Below are positions 19,773 to 28,250 of a DNA stretch of 64,000 nt, in pieces. Numbering within the stretch: position 1 is the first letter of the stretch; the number at the start of each line of letters is the position of its first letter. The DNA is from an uncultured bacterium (lineage in GTDB: Bacteria; Hydrothermota; UBA3072). A model generated the notes under the pieces. The model worked only from the letters and a program-made list of their open reading frames with translations. It was not told the origin of the DNA and did not search any database. The position numbers were made by a program, and so were the translations under genes. The DNA lies in assembly GCA_964418485.1 (NCBI GenBank), contig CAYQMH010000004.1, forward strand, positions 2,173-66,172, read 5' to 3'.

Positions 19773-19904
19773 ATCGGCGAGAAAGAAACGTAGTAAATAT
19801 TTGATTTATAAAAGAGGGGTTTTGAGATTTCAGCAATGGGGATAAAGGTTAATAAAGGAGCTTTACTAAAGCACCTTTAAATTACGGGTACTTAGAACAG
19901 AAAA

Positions 19905-20086
19905 AATTCAATATGGCATAAAATGCTTTTAGAGGGCAAATTACCTCTTTCCATAGGGGGTGGGATAGGTCAGTCCCGTCTTTGTATGCTAACCTTGCAG
20001 AAAGCACATATAGGGGAAGTTCAGTGTGGTGTCTGGCCGGATGAGATGGTGCGTGCCTGTGAGGAAAATAATATCTTTTTGCTTTA
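19905..20086 (+). pseudogene. Diverged duplicate of the asnA 3' end (last ~57 codons), no start codon
   Basis: ~88% nt identity to 18160-18340; encodes [57 protein letters not shown]; most differences are synonymous. Confidence 0.85.
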
Positions 20087-20090
20087 AAAT

Positions 20091-20226
20091 GGGACGCAGA
20101 TTAACTCAGATTCATAGGATTTTTTATTCTTTTTTGCTAAATCCTAACTGAACCACAAAGACCACAAAGATCACAAAACCCATCCACACACCAAGTTTAA
20201 TATTGTTTTCTTAACTGCTAACTGCA
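20091..20226. repeat. Composite intergenic repeat element (GGACGCAGAT-like, ACCACAAAG array, C-rich core, TTAACTGC x2)
   Basis: gggacgcagattaactcagat ... accacaaag accacaaag atcacaaaacccatccacacacc ... ttaactgctaactgc. Confidence 0.8.
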
Positions 20227-20333
20227 TAAGATATACTACGATTAGAGTAAAAATTAAAAGAAATGAAGATTTTTAATGTGAGAATATTTTTGCTAGTTAA
20301 ATTTAGTTTTAGCTGTATCGGAGGAAAATAATT

Positions 20334-20849
20334 ATGGAAGGGACTATAATAATTGCAATATGTGCGCTATTTGTGTCTATCTGCTCGACATGTTTGGCGG
20401 CATGGACCGCCTTTGTCCAGAGGAGGCATATGCAACTTTCGGTACTGCCGATTGCTGCAATTCCTATTGCAGATTATGAGAATAGAATTGGCGTTTTTCT
20501 TCAAAATAAAGGGCTTGGTCCTATGCGAATCATTTCACTTCGAGTAATAAATGACAAAGATGTTTCAAAAAACGCCGTTGTGTTCCATATGCCAGAACTT
20601 AATCCTGGAATTCTCTGGACGAACTTTCGCGGCAGTGTTGATGGAGCTACGTTGGAAGCTTCTGAGCGTTTCGACTTGCTTCTCCTTGAAGGCGGTCCAA
20701 AAAATTTAGCATTTGCAGAATCACGGGACCGAATAAGACGTAGCCTTTCCCAACTAGAAATTAAGGTCGAATATGAAGATATTTACGGGCGTAAAATGTA
20801 CCCTCTTGAGAAGAAACTCTCGTTTTTCGGAAGACATAAACTCAAGTAG
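20334..20849 (+). CDS. Hypothetical protein, N-terminal membrane anchor
   Basis: 171 aa; single N-terminal TM; no family recognised; lies in the islet with hicAB. Confidence 0.45.
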   Translation: MEGTIIIAICALFVSICSTCLAAWTAFVQRRHMQLSVLPIAAIPIADYENRIGVFLQNKGLGPMRIISLRVINDKDVSKNAVVFHMPELNPGILWTNFRGSVDGATLEASERFDLLLLEGGPKNLAFAESRDRIRRSLSQLEIKVEYEDIYGRKMYPLEKKLSFFGRHKLK

Positions 20850-21104
20850 GATAAGCATAGGATACCCGCTAACAAAGAAATTCAGTAGATACGAAATGCA
20901 GCAAGGTTCATTTGAATGTTAGGCAGGAATGATAAAATAAGCTCTTGAAATGGGAAAAGAGTTAACCGGAAATGTTGAAATTGGTTATACGGCTTAACGG
21001 TGATGTTTTTACGATTAATATTAGTATATAAACTATGTTAGGCATTCTAAGAAGTTGAACAGCACTTGACACAAATTTACTATTATGTAAAATAAATATA
21101 TAAG

Positions 21105-21359
21105 ATGCCTAGGCAGGAAAAAGTATTAATAAAAATTTTACGGGGAACATCTGACACTAACGTTTCTTTTTCGGAGATATGTGGGTTGTTGAAAGCTCTT
21201 GGCTTTGGCGAACGAGTTCGAGGAAGCCATCATATTTTCACAAAGGAAGGCGTGGAAGAGATCGTAAATTTACAGCCTAAAGGAGCGAAGGCAAAACCAT
21301 ATCAGGTAAAGCAGATTAGAAATATCATACTACGATATAAATTAAAACTTGGAGGATAA
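21105..21359 (+). CDS. hicA: Type II toxin-antitoxin system HicA-family toxin
   Basis: YcfA/HicA-like; 'RVRGSHHIF' motif; small basic protein. Confidence 0.7.
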   Translation: MPRQEKVLIKILRGTSDTNVSFSEICGLLKALGFGERVRGSHHIFTKEGVEEIVNLQPKGAKAKPYQVKQIRNIILRYKLKLGG

Positions 21360-21360
21360 A

Positions 21361-21573
21361 ATGGTTAATAAATATGAAATAATCATTTATTGGAGTGAGG
21401 AAGACAAGGCTTTTATTGCCGAAGTTCCAGAGCTTTCCGGGTGTATGGCAGACGGAGAAACATATCAAGATGCTCTATCGAATGTTGAAGTTATTATACA
21501 AGAGTGGATTGAGACTGCAAGAGAATTAGGACGACCAATTCCACAGCCTAAAGGTCGATTAGTATATGCCTAA
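21361..21573 (+). CDS. hicB: HicB-family antitoxin (UPF0150)
   Basis: 'YEIIIYWSEEDKAFIAEVPELSGCMADGETYQDAL' typical HicB N-domain; SD GGAGGA precedes the ATG at 21361. Confidence 0.7.
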   Translation: MVNKYEIIIYWSEEDKAFIAEVPELSGCMADGETYQDALSNVEVIIQEWIETARELGRPIPQPKGRLVYA

Positions 21574-21587
21574 CAACTATTTCCAAT

Positions 21588-21612
21588 CGACCGAAACCGC
21601 GGTTTTTGAATT
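21588..21612 (+). terminator. Putative intrinsic terminator after hicB
   Basis: Perfect palindrome aaaccgcggttt followed by ttga/T-rich. Confidence 0.35.
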
Positions 21613-21727
21613 TACTCGGTTTGACTTCCTCGAAGGATTTGTTGCAACTTCAATATTCAATAGCGGAAATGTTTCAGCGATTGAAACTTGACGTTAAGCA
21701 GTGGGGTAGCTAAAACAGAAAATAAAA

Positions 21728-21860
21728 AGGTGTGGGGTGGTGGATGTTAGTGTCTTTCGTGTATTTTTTTAACACAATTTAAAAGGGGTGGTGGTTTTAG
21801 TGTATTTAGTGTGTTTCGTGGTTAAATAAATTGTTTTTTTCTATGTATCTGTGTCCATAA
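21728..21860. repeat. Composite intergenic repeat (reverse orientation: GGGTGGTGG cores + CTTTCGTG/GTGT arrays)
   Basis: gtgtggggtggtggatgttagtgtctttcgtg ... ggggtggtggttttagtgtatttagtgtgtttcgtgg. Confidence 0.7.
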
Positions 21861-21870
21861 AAATAAAAAA

Positions 21871-21986
21871 GCCCGGCAGCGACCTACTCTCTCACCTCCG
21901 AAGAGGCAATACCATAAGCACTGGAGAGCTTGACTTCCGTGTTCGGAATGGAAACGGGTATAACCTCTCCGTTATGGCCACCGAGC
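21871..21986 (-). rRNA. rrf: 5S ribosomal RNA (standalone; no 23S/16S within the window)
   Basis: Minus-strand sequence GCTCGGTGGCCATAACGGAGAGGTTATACCCGTTTCCATTCCGAACACGGAAGTCAAGCTCTCCAGTGCTTATGGTATTGCCTCTTCGGAGGTGAGAGAGTAGGTCGCTGCCGGGC matches the bacterial 5S consensus (CCGAACACGGAAGTTAAGC, GAGAGTAGG); terminal helix I pairs. Confidence 0.9.
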
Positions 21987-22070
21987 AATGAGATAATAAT
22001 TGGTTTTTATTATTTGTCAACCCCCATTTTAAAATTAAATATCAAAAATCAAAATGTAGATTCTTCGAAT

Positions 22071-22215
22071 CTTAGTTGAATGGTTGAATTATTGAATAGT
22101 TGAATAGGAAAAAAAAGAACATCTTTGTGCCCTTTGGGGTTAATTTTTAACCATTAGCATTGGGTTTAGAGTTTTCTGTTACCATTTTCCTATTTTCCCA
22201 TTCTTCAATTTTCCT
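22071..22215. repeat. Short tandem repeats (TTGAATRG xN; ATTTTCC xN)
   Basis: ttagttgaatggttgaattattgaatagttgaatagg ... ccattttcctattttcccattcttcaattttcc. Confidence 0.6.
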
Positions 22216-22230
22216 AATTTGTTTTGGGGT

Positions 22231-23964
22231 TTAAAACGAATATCCCGACCAAATATTAAAGTATCTTCCCATTCCAGGATAATCTCTGTCTGTGTATGAG
22301 CTGCCGAAACTCTCAATGTATTCTGTGTCAAATAAATTCTCAACGCTGAGCCCAACCATAAAGTCATTAAATTTCTTGCTGATTCCTATATCTATTATAA
22401 AAGCAGGGTCTTCTATTTTCCATCCTCCGTATGAGAACCATTTTTTCCTTTCTCCGATCCATTTTCCAGATACTTCGACGTTTATTGGACCTTCATAAGT
22501 AATAATACCTGCGACAGAGTGTTTCGGTTGATGTTGAAGTTCTCTTTTTAATCCGTTTTCCTCATCATAACCGTCGAGATAAGAATATATCAATGAGTAC
22601 GAGATATCTTCATATTTAACTTTACCTTCTATATCGATACCGAAAACCCTGGTTTTAGAGATGTTTTGCGGAATCCAGTATTCGTCTAGTCCTATCCTGT
22701 CGTTTATTTCTTCTATATAACCGGATATTGTAATATTTTCGATTTTTATTCCTCCGCTTAAAGCAAGAGAGTATTCCGGTTTAAGTTCCTTATTGGAAAA
22801 GCCCGGATAGTAAAGATCGTACAATGTTGGGGCCTGGAATCCGGAACCAACTGACGCAAAAATCTCGAGTGGTTTAGTGATTCTACTTCCTATTGTGAAA
22901 GATGGATGGAATCCAAAACTTCCATACCAGTCTTCTCTTACTGAGATGAATGTATTTGTATTATCGGTTTCATGGAAAAGAGAAAGTGTTATCCCTGCTT
23001 TTTCTTCTTCAAATGAAAAAAATGTGGCGTAATTCGATGTATACTGGTCAATCCATACTTTGTCTTTTTCAAGGTTAACTTCCAGTGATAGCATTTTGTA
23101 TAGGAATTTTGTATTGAATTGACCTACAGCTGTTTTATATTTATCATTTTGTATAACTGTGTCTATAAATAAATATTTGAAGTCATATTTAATCCGTTCT
23201 CCGGTTAACGATGGCTCTATAAGTATGCCTAAATCACCGTATGACAAGATCTTGTTGTACGAAAGATCTACAAATTCTGTTTGCTGGTTATCGAAAAGGG
23301 ATGTTGCGGTAGAGTCTCCAAATATTGGAAGGACAGTACTATCGGGCAGGGCACCCGGTACGCCAAGGTTTTTATAACTTGCGGTAAAATTAAAATCATT
23401 CCAATTAAAAATAGCTGAATAACGTCCAAAATCCGTATTACTCCTTTGTCCTTTGCCTTTCTCGAGGTTAAGATTTCCGTTTATACCGTATTTATACATC
23501 TGTAAGTCTGCTCCAACTGTGGTATTCGAATTTCCTTTGAAACTTATTTGATTAGTTTCTTTTCCGGTGATAAGGTTTACAATCCCGCCAATTGCATTAG
23601 AACCCTGGAATACGGATGATGAGCCTTTGACTATTTCGATTCTTTTTATCGCACTTAGTGGTATTGCGGAAAGATCGAATCCGCCTGTTTTTGGGTCGCT
23701 CACTCTGTGCCCGTTTAGCATTATAAGTGTATGTTTTGAAGTATATCCGTGTACGGCTGCTTGTGTCAAGGAACTCGGATCACCGTTTCCGTATATTTTA
23801 ATTCCTGCTTCTTTTTCGAGAATTTCTCCCAGTTCGTCGATAGTCAACATATCTTCGACCTCAATTATCTCGACTTGATAGGGTAGATATTCAAACCTTT
23901 CTCCAGTTACGGTTATACCTTTTGATTCAAAGTACAGTACGCTTAGTATGATTAATAACATCAA
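22231..23964 (-). CDS. btuB: TonB-dependent outer-membrane receptor, BtuB-like (vitamin B12 transporter)
   Basis: 577 aa; N-terminal plug domain; C-terminal beta-barrel ending in aromatic F; downstream of a cobalamin riboswitch on the same strand. Confidence 0.7.
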   Translation of the reverse strand: MMLLIILSVLYFESKGITVTGERFEYLPYQVEIIEVEDMLTIDELGEILEKEAGIKIYGNGDPSSLTQAAVHGYTSKHTLIMLNGHRVSDPKTGGFDLSAIPLSAIKRIEIVKGSSSVFQGSNAIGGIVNLITGKETNQISFKGNSNTTVGADLQMYKYGINGNLNLEKGKGQRSNTDFGRYSAIFNWNDFNFTASYKNLGVPGALPDSTVLPIFGDSTATSLFDNQQTEFVDLSYNKILSYGDLGILIEPSLTGERIKYDFKYLFIDTVIQNDKYKTAVGQFNTKFLYKMLSLEVNLEKDKVWIDQYTSNYATFFSFEEEKAGITLSLFHETDNTNTFISVREDWYGSFGFHPSFTIGSRITKPLEIFASVGSGFQAPTLYDLYYPGFSNKELKPEYSLALSGGIKIENITISGYIEEINDRIGLDEYWIPQNISKTRVFGIDIEGKVKYEDISYSLIYSYLDGYDEENGLKRELQHQPKHSVAGIITYEGPINVEVSGKWIGERKKWFSYGGWKIEDPAFIIDIGISKKFNDFMVGLSVENLFDTEYIESFGSSYTDRDYPGMGRYFNIWSGYSF

Positions 23965-24469
23965 ACCTCCTTTTTTGTATTTTTTGAATTGTTGGGGTTA
24001 AAACAAAACTATAAATAATTCCTTGAGTAAAGACGTGCCAGATAACAAAAGGCAGTCCCAGAATGAAGTAAGCCATAAAACTCTTCCTTGTAGGAAAAAG
24101 AATGAATCCGGATGATGTAGTTAGTATATCGGATATAAGAGTAATTAGAACTCCTAAGGGTAAGATGATATGCGCTTTATTCCATCCTTTTTTATTGCAA
24201 AATCCTCCGGAAAATCCTATTAAGGTGCCTACGAGTACCTGTGTTAGTAAAAGAGGCGGGGGAGATATACCCATGGGATTTAATAAACCGAAAATGAAAT
24301 AAGTAAGGATTCCAACCAGCGTTCCTGTACGTATTCCGAATAGTGCTCCGGATAGGAAGACAGTAGAAGAAACAAGTTCAAAATTAGGGATATACGCGAA
24401 TGCGTACCCTAAACCTAAGGCTAACGCTGTAAATATTGTTACATATGATATTTCTTTTAGTTTTTCTAT
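23927..24469 (-). CDS. Small polytopic membrane protein in the B12-riboswitch operon; no canonical start codon (possible ATA start)
   Basis: ORF is open for ~60 codons upstream of the first ATG (MGISPP..) and encodes the hydrophobic N-terminus '..EKLKEISYVTIFTALALGLGYAF..'; SD GAGGGGAGAG sits 5 nt before an in-frame ATA. Confidence 0.5.
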   Translation of the reverse strand: MEKLKEISYVTIFTALALGLGYAFAYIPNFELVSSTVFLSGALFGIRTGTLVGILTYFIFGLLNPMGISPPPLLLTQVLVGTLIGFSGGFCNKKGWNKAHIILPLGVLITLISDILTTSSGFILFPTRKSFMAYFILGLPFVIWHVFTQGIIYSFVLTPTIQKIQKRRFDVINHTKRTVL

Positions 24470-24489
24470 TTTTTCTCTCCCCTCGGAGT

Positions 24490-24660
24490 ACTCATAAATA
24501 GCAGGTCTCCTGACTTATGGCCGGCCTACTCACTGCACCTTCCCGGAATAAATCCAGTGGTAACGTTGCAGCTTTCGTTGCCAAATACAGTAGCGGGGCT
24601 GTAACGGATTCTAACCGCTTTCCCTTAACTATTCCGTTTTATAATACTCTATTGTTGGTA
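24490..24660 (-). ncRNA. Cobalamin (AdoCbl) riboswitch
   Basis: Minus strand: ..TTAAGGGAAAGCGGTTAGAATCCGTTACAGCCCCGCTACTGT.. (GGGAA/GGTnnAATCC/CCCGC core), ..GCCACTGG.., and B12-box AAGTCAGGAGACCTGC (consensus rAGYCMGgAgaCCkGC) immediately before the SD of the downstream gene. Confidence 0.85.
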
Positions 24661-24696
24661 AAAGTCAAGACCATACAGCTTTGAATTGAAAGAAAG

Positions 24697-24848
24697 GCGA
24701 GGGCTAACCGTTCATCAGGAACGCGGTCAATTTTCCCACCGTGAAAATTGCCGCTCGCTCTCAGCCTCACTCCTCTTGAAATATAAATATTTCAAGAGAC
24801 CATGGCCGCACGGCTTCCGAGACGTCCTTCTGAACGGTTAGCCCTCGC
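24697..24848. repeat. 152-bp element bounded by a perfect 18-bp inverted repeat (gcgagggctaaccgttca / tgaacggttagccctcgc) with two internal hairpins; MITE-like or structured RNA
   Basis: Read directly from the sequence; internal hairpins gcggcaattttcac..gaaaattgaccgc and tcttgaaatat-aaatatttcaaga. Confidence 0.7.
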
Positions 24849-24907
24849 TTCAATCAGGGGGTGTTTCTTTTCCAAAATGTGAAAAGTAAAGTGAGGAATG
24901 GTTTTTT

Positions 24908-25000
24908 AAACCACAGAATATTTTTTGTTCTCTGTGGTTTTATTTTTTCTCTGTGTGCTCTGTGGTAAAATTGTTTTTTGGGGAGGGGGTGTAGCGGCTT
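24908..25000. repeat. Intergenic repeat (CTCTGTG arrays + GGGGAGGGGG)
   Basis: ccacagaata..ttctctgtgg..ttctctgtgtgctctgtgg..ggggagggggtg. Confidence 0.75.
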
Positions 25001-25006
25001 TGCCGC

Positions 25007-26272
25007 TCAGAACTTTCCCTGTATTCCTTTAATTACGTCGTTGAATATTATCAAAGCCATGAGAGAAAAAAGAATAATGGTGCCAGTCGTTTGAACAATT
25101 TTTAAAAGTGTTTTAGAAGGAGCTTTTCTTGTATTAAAAGTAGCTAGTGATACTATAATATAGAACCCATCGAGTGGCGGTATAGGAATAAGATTTACCA
25201 TAGCAAGATTAATTGTTATAAGTCCTACAAACATTAAGAACCATATAAAACCTCGATTTAGTTGTTTTTTGGTAATTATTACTATGCCTACAGGTCCTGC
25301 AAGTTCTTTTGGTGAAACTTTTCTCTGGAATAACCAGCTAAATGTTCGAGAAATTAGTAAGGCGGTATTACAGCTTTGTTGCCACGCAAATGAGATTGCC
25401 TGTATTCCACCAATACTTATTTTAGTTGAAAGTGGTTCTATTCCGATTATCCCTCTACTTATTATTGAATCTCCCTCCATGATCTTTTGCTTGTCGGGTA
25501 CTATATTAATTTTCATTGTATCGCCATTTGATAGGTATACGACGTTCAGTGTTTCTTCTGCCGCGGGATGGATTAGATCAGTTATGTCATTCCAGCTGTT
25601 TATGGATTTGTCTTGAATTTTGATTATCCGGCTGTCTTTTTTCATACCTGCTTTATCGGCGGGTAAATTTTTAATTACGTTACCTACTACCGGAAGTATG
25701 AAAGGAATTAATGAGTCAATGTTTAGAGAATCAATCACTATATCTGTTTTTTCTCCCTCTCGGAGGAGCGAAATTTTAGAGTTCTTTTGTATTTTTTCTA
25801 TAATTTCATACCAGTTGTTTATTTTCTTTCCGTCTATTTCCAATATTTCATCATTTGGTAAAAGGTTGCTCCCTGCATTTGCTTCTTTTATTGTAGTCGT
25901 CGGGATTACTTCGATGCCGTTGAATATGAAAACAGACAGGAATATTAAAAATCCGAGAGTGAAATTGCCAAACGAACCGGCGAAAACAACTGCTGTTTTT
26001 TGTAATCCGTTTTTAGAAAAAAATTCGTCATCTTCACCTTTAATTTGGTCCGGGTCCATTCCTTTTATTTCGACATATCCCCCAAAGGGTATTGCGGATA
26101 ACCTAAATTCCGTCTCTCCCCATTTGTAAAAAGAAAATAGTTTCGGACCAAGACCTATAGAGAAAACGGGGGCACTCATTTTTGACCACTTGGCTACAAT
26201 TAAATGGAAAAATTCGTGAACAAAGATCATAACGCTTAAAGCGATAAGTGCGGCAATTATACCTAAAAACAT
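25007..26272 (-). CDS. rseP: RIP (site-2) zinc metalloprotease RseP
   Basis: 'HEFFHLIVAKW' HExxH in TM1; PDZ domains; C-terminal LDG motif 'PIPPLDGF'. Confidence 0.85.
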   Translation of the reverse strand: MFLGIIAALIALSVMIFVHEFFHLIVAKWSKMSAPVFSIGLGPKLFSFYKWGETEFRLSAIPFGGYVEIKGMDPDQIKGEDDEFFSKNGLQKTAVVFAGSFGNFTLGFLIFLSVFIFNGIEVIPTTTIKEANAGSNLLPNDEILEIDGKKINNWYEIIEKIQKNSKISLLREGEKTDIVIDSLNIDSLIPFILPVVGNVIKNLPADKAGMKKDSRIIKIQDKSINSWNDITDLIHPAAEETLNVVYLSNGDTMKINIVPDKQKIMEGDSIISRGIIGIEPLSTKISIGGIQAISFAWQQSCNTALLISRTFSWLFQRKVSPKELAGPVGIVIITKKQLNRGFIWFLMFVGLITINLAMVNLIPIPPLDGFYIIVSLATFNTRKAPSKTLLKIVQTTGTIILFSLMALIIFNDVIKGIQGKF

Positions 26273-27406
26273 TTACATTATCCTCCGGGCTTCTTCTTTT
26301 GCCCAATTAAGTGATTCCACAATTTCTTTTTCCCCAGGGTTCTTATTATTTTCATGTGAATCTGTAATTTTAAGAATTATATCTGTAATATTTTGAAACG
26401 ATATTTCGCCTCGTAGGAATCTATCGACTGCAACTTCATCTGCGCCTACTAATACAGCAGGCAGAGTTCCTCCTTCCGTTAAAGCTCTGTAGCTTAAAGG
26501 TATAAGTGGAAATCGCGTCAGATCTATTTCTTTAAAATTTAGAGAGCTTAAGTCTCTCATATTAATTCTTCCTGTGGGAAAGTTTTCCCTGATGGGATTG
26601 GTTAGAGCGAATTGTATCGGTATTTTCATATCGGGAATAGACATTTGCGAAATAATAGAACCATCCTTGAATTCTACCATACCGTGAATTATCGATTCGG
26701 GATGTATTATAACTTCGATTTCGTCCGCCTCCAGGTCAAAGAAGACTGAAGCTTCGATTATTTCTAATCCTTTATTCATTAAGGTTGCCGAGTCGATAGT
26801 TACTTTGTCTCCCATTTCCCAGGTTGGGTGATTGAGGGCTTCCGCGGGAGTTATATTATCAAAAGTTTTTCTATCATAGAATGGTCCGCCTGAAGCCGTT
26901 ATTATTATCTTTTCTACATTGTTTCTTTTTGATTTAGATAAAATCTGATATATTGCGGAATGTTCGCTATCGATTGGGATCAATTCTCCAGGCAGGTTTT
27001 TTAACTTATTTCTTAGGATAGGAGAAAAGGCCACAAGGGTTTCCTTGTTTGCCGTGCATATTCTTTTTCCTTTTTCCAAACCTTTGATTAAAGATTTGTA
27101 AGAAGATATTCCAGCTGTTGCAATTACTATTATATCTATTGCTTCATTTTCATATATAGAATCCACTTCCTCGTGCCCGATTAATATCTTAAATTTGTTA
27201 TGTAAATTTCTTTCTAATTCTTGTTTGTTTTTTTCAAAAAAACTGCCGATATATTCAGGTTTGAATTCTTGTGCCTGTTTTGCCAGAAGGGAGATATTAT
27301 CCCCACCGAATAAAGCGGATACGTTAAAATATTTAAGGTTTTTTATAACTTTTAAGGTGTTCCTACCTATGGAACCTGTCGACCCTAGTATAGCAACGTT
27401 TTTCAT
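26273..27406 (-). CDS. dxr: 1-deoxy-D-xylulose 5-phosphate reductoisomerase
   Basis: 'ILGSTGSIGRNTL' NADPH-binding; DXR family pattern throughout. Confidence 0.9.
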   Translation of the reverse strand: MKNVAILGSTGSIGRNTLKVIKNLKYFNVSALFGGDNISLLAKQAQEFKPEYIGSFFEKNKQELERNLHNKFKILIGHEEVDSIYENEAIDIIVIATAGISSYKSLIKGLEKGKRICTANKETLVAFSPILRNKLKNLPGELIPIDSEHSAIYQILSKSKRNNVEKIIITASGGPFYDRKTFDNITPAEALNHPTWEMGDKVTIDSATLMNKGLEIIEASVFFDLEADEIEVIIHPESIIHGMVEFKDGSIISQMSIPDMKIPIQFALTNPIRENFPTGRINMRDLSSLNFKEIDLTRFPLIPLSYRALTEGGTLPAVLVGADEVAVDRFLRGEISFQNITDIILKITDSHENNKNPGEKEIVESLNWAKEEARRIM

Positions 27407-28065
27407 CTTACTGCGAAAAACCTAAGATAATAGTATATAAGAGGAGCGGTAAAAAGTAGTGAGTCGAATCTATCGAGAAAACCGCCGTGTCCCGGAATTA
27501 CAGCGGAAGCGTCCTTTATTTTAACGTCTCTTTTTATCATAGATTCTACTAAATCACCTATAGGGGCAACAATTCCTACTACGATACCAAGAATTATACA
27601 GTCAAACCATGAGAGATAAGAAGCGTATAAGTAGTGATAAATGAAAGCGGACAGTATTGCGGCAAAAGCTCCTCCTATTACGCCTTCCCAGGTTTTTTTA
27701 GGAGAGACTACCGGGAAAAATTTTGCCTTACCGAATTTCCTTCCTACGAAAAAAGCCGCTGAATCATTAGACCAGGTGATAACAAATGGCAGTAACGCAA
27801 GGCTCGTACCCAAACGTATCGGTATTCCAAAAATATTTTTATAGGTGAAAGGCTCCAAAACTTCAGGCATTTGCATCAAAAGTATAAGATGGCTAAATAA
27901 CCACCCAACGTAAATCACTCCGAATACTGTACCGGATAAATGGAATATAGCTTCCTCTTTTTTTCGTCTGAACAGTTCCGCGAAAGCCACAACAATGACC
28001 AGAGCTGTTATGGTGATAACCGTAAAGAGGTGACTTTGAAAATAAGCGTTCAGTCCTAATATCAA
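27403..28065 (-). CDS. cdsA: Phosphatidate cytidylyltransferase; real N-terminus probably extends upstream to ~28269-28320 with a non-canonical start
   Basis: CTP_transf_1 C-terminal signature 'GHGGFLDRFDSLLF'; the in-frame upstream stretch encodes a CdsA-like TM1 'LSRRWITAILFIPALIIIARAGG' but contains no ATG/GTG/TTG. Confidence 0.8.
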   Translation of the reverse strand: MILGLNAYFQSHLFTVITITALVIVVAFAELFRRKKEEAIFHLSGTVFGVIYVGWLFSHLILLMQMPEVLEPFTYKNIFGIPIRLGTSLALLPFVITWSNDSAAFFVGRKFGKAKFFPVVSPKKTWEGVIGGAFAAILSAFIYHYLYASYLSWFDCIILGIVVGIVAPIGDLVESMIKRDVKIKDASAVIPGHGGFLDRFDSLLFTAPLIYYYLRFFAVR

Positions 28066-28250
28066 TGAGGAAATTATAGCAAGGGATTTGTATGGTGTTA
28101 GCCCACGTTCCCTTAGGATATCACAGAATTCATATACACCAAGAAAGATACCTAATTCGATAAGAATTAAAAAGTATATCCCGCCAGCCCTGGCGATGAT
28201 AATAAGCGCAGGGATAAAAAGTATTGCTGTTATCCAGCGGCGACTTAGAT

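Noticed and set aside
21574-22230. Possible rRNA operon around the 5S gene
   Set aside because: No 23S or 16S-like sequence lies on either side. The flanks are TA genes and the btuB operon.
24480-24900. tmRNA or SRP RNA candidate (structured region with GGGGCTG..GGATTCTAACC)
   Set aside because: No tag-peptide reading frame or tRNA-like T-arm/CCA end is present. The minus strand instead shows the cobalamin-riboswitch core and B12 box, and the remaining region is an inverted-repeat element.
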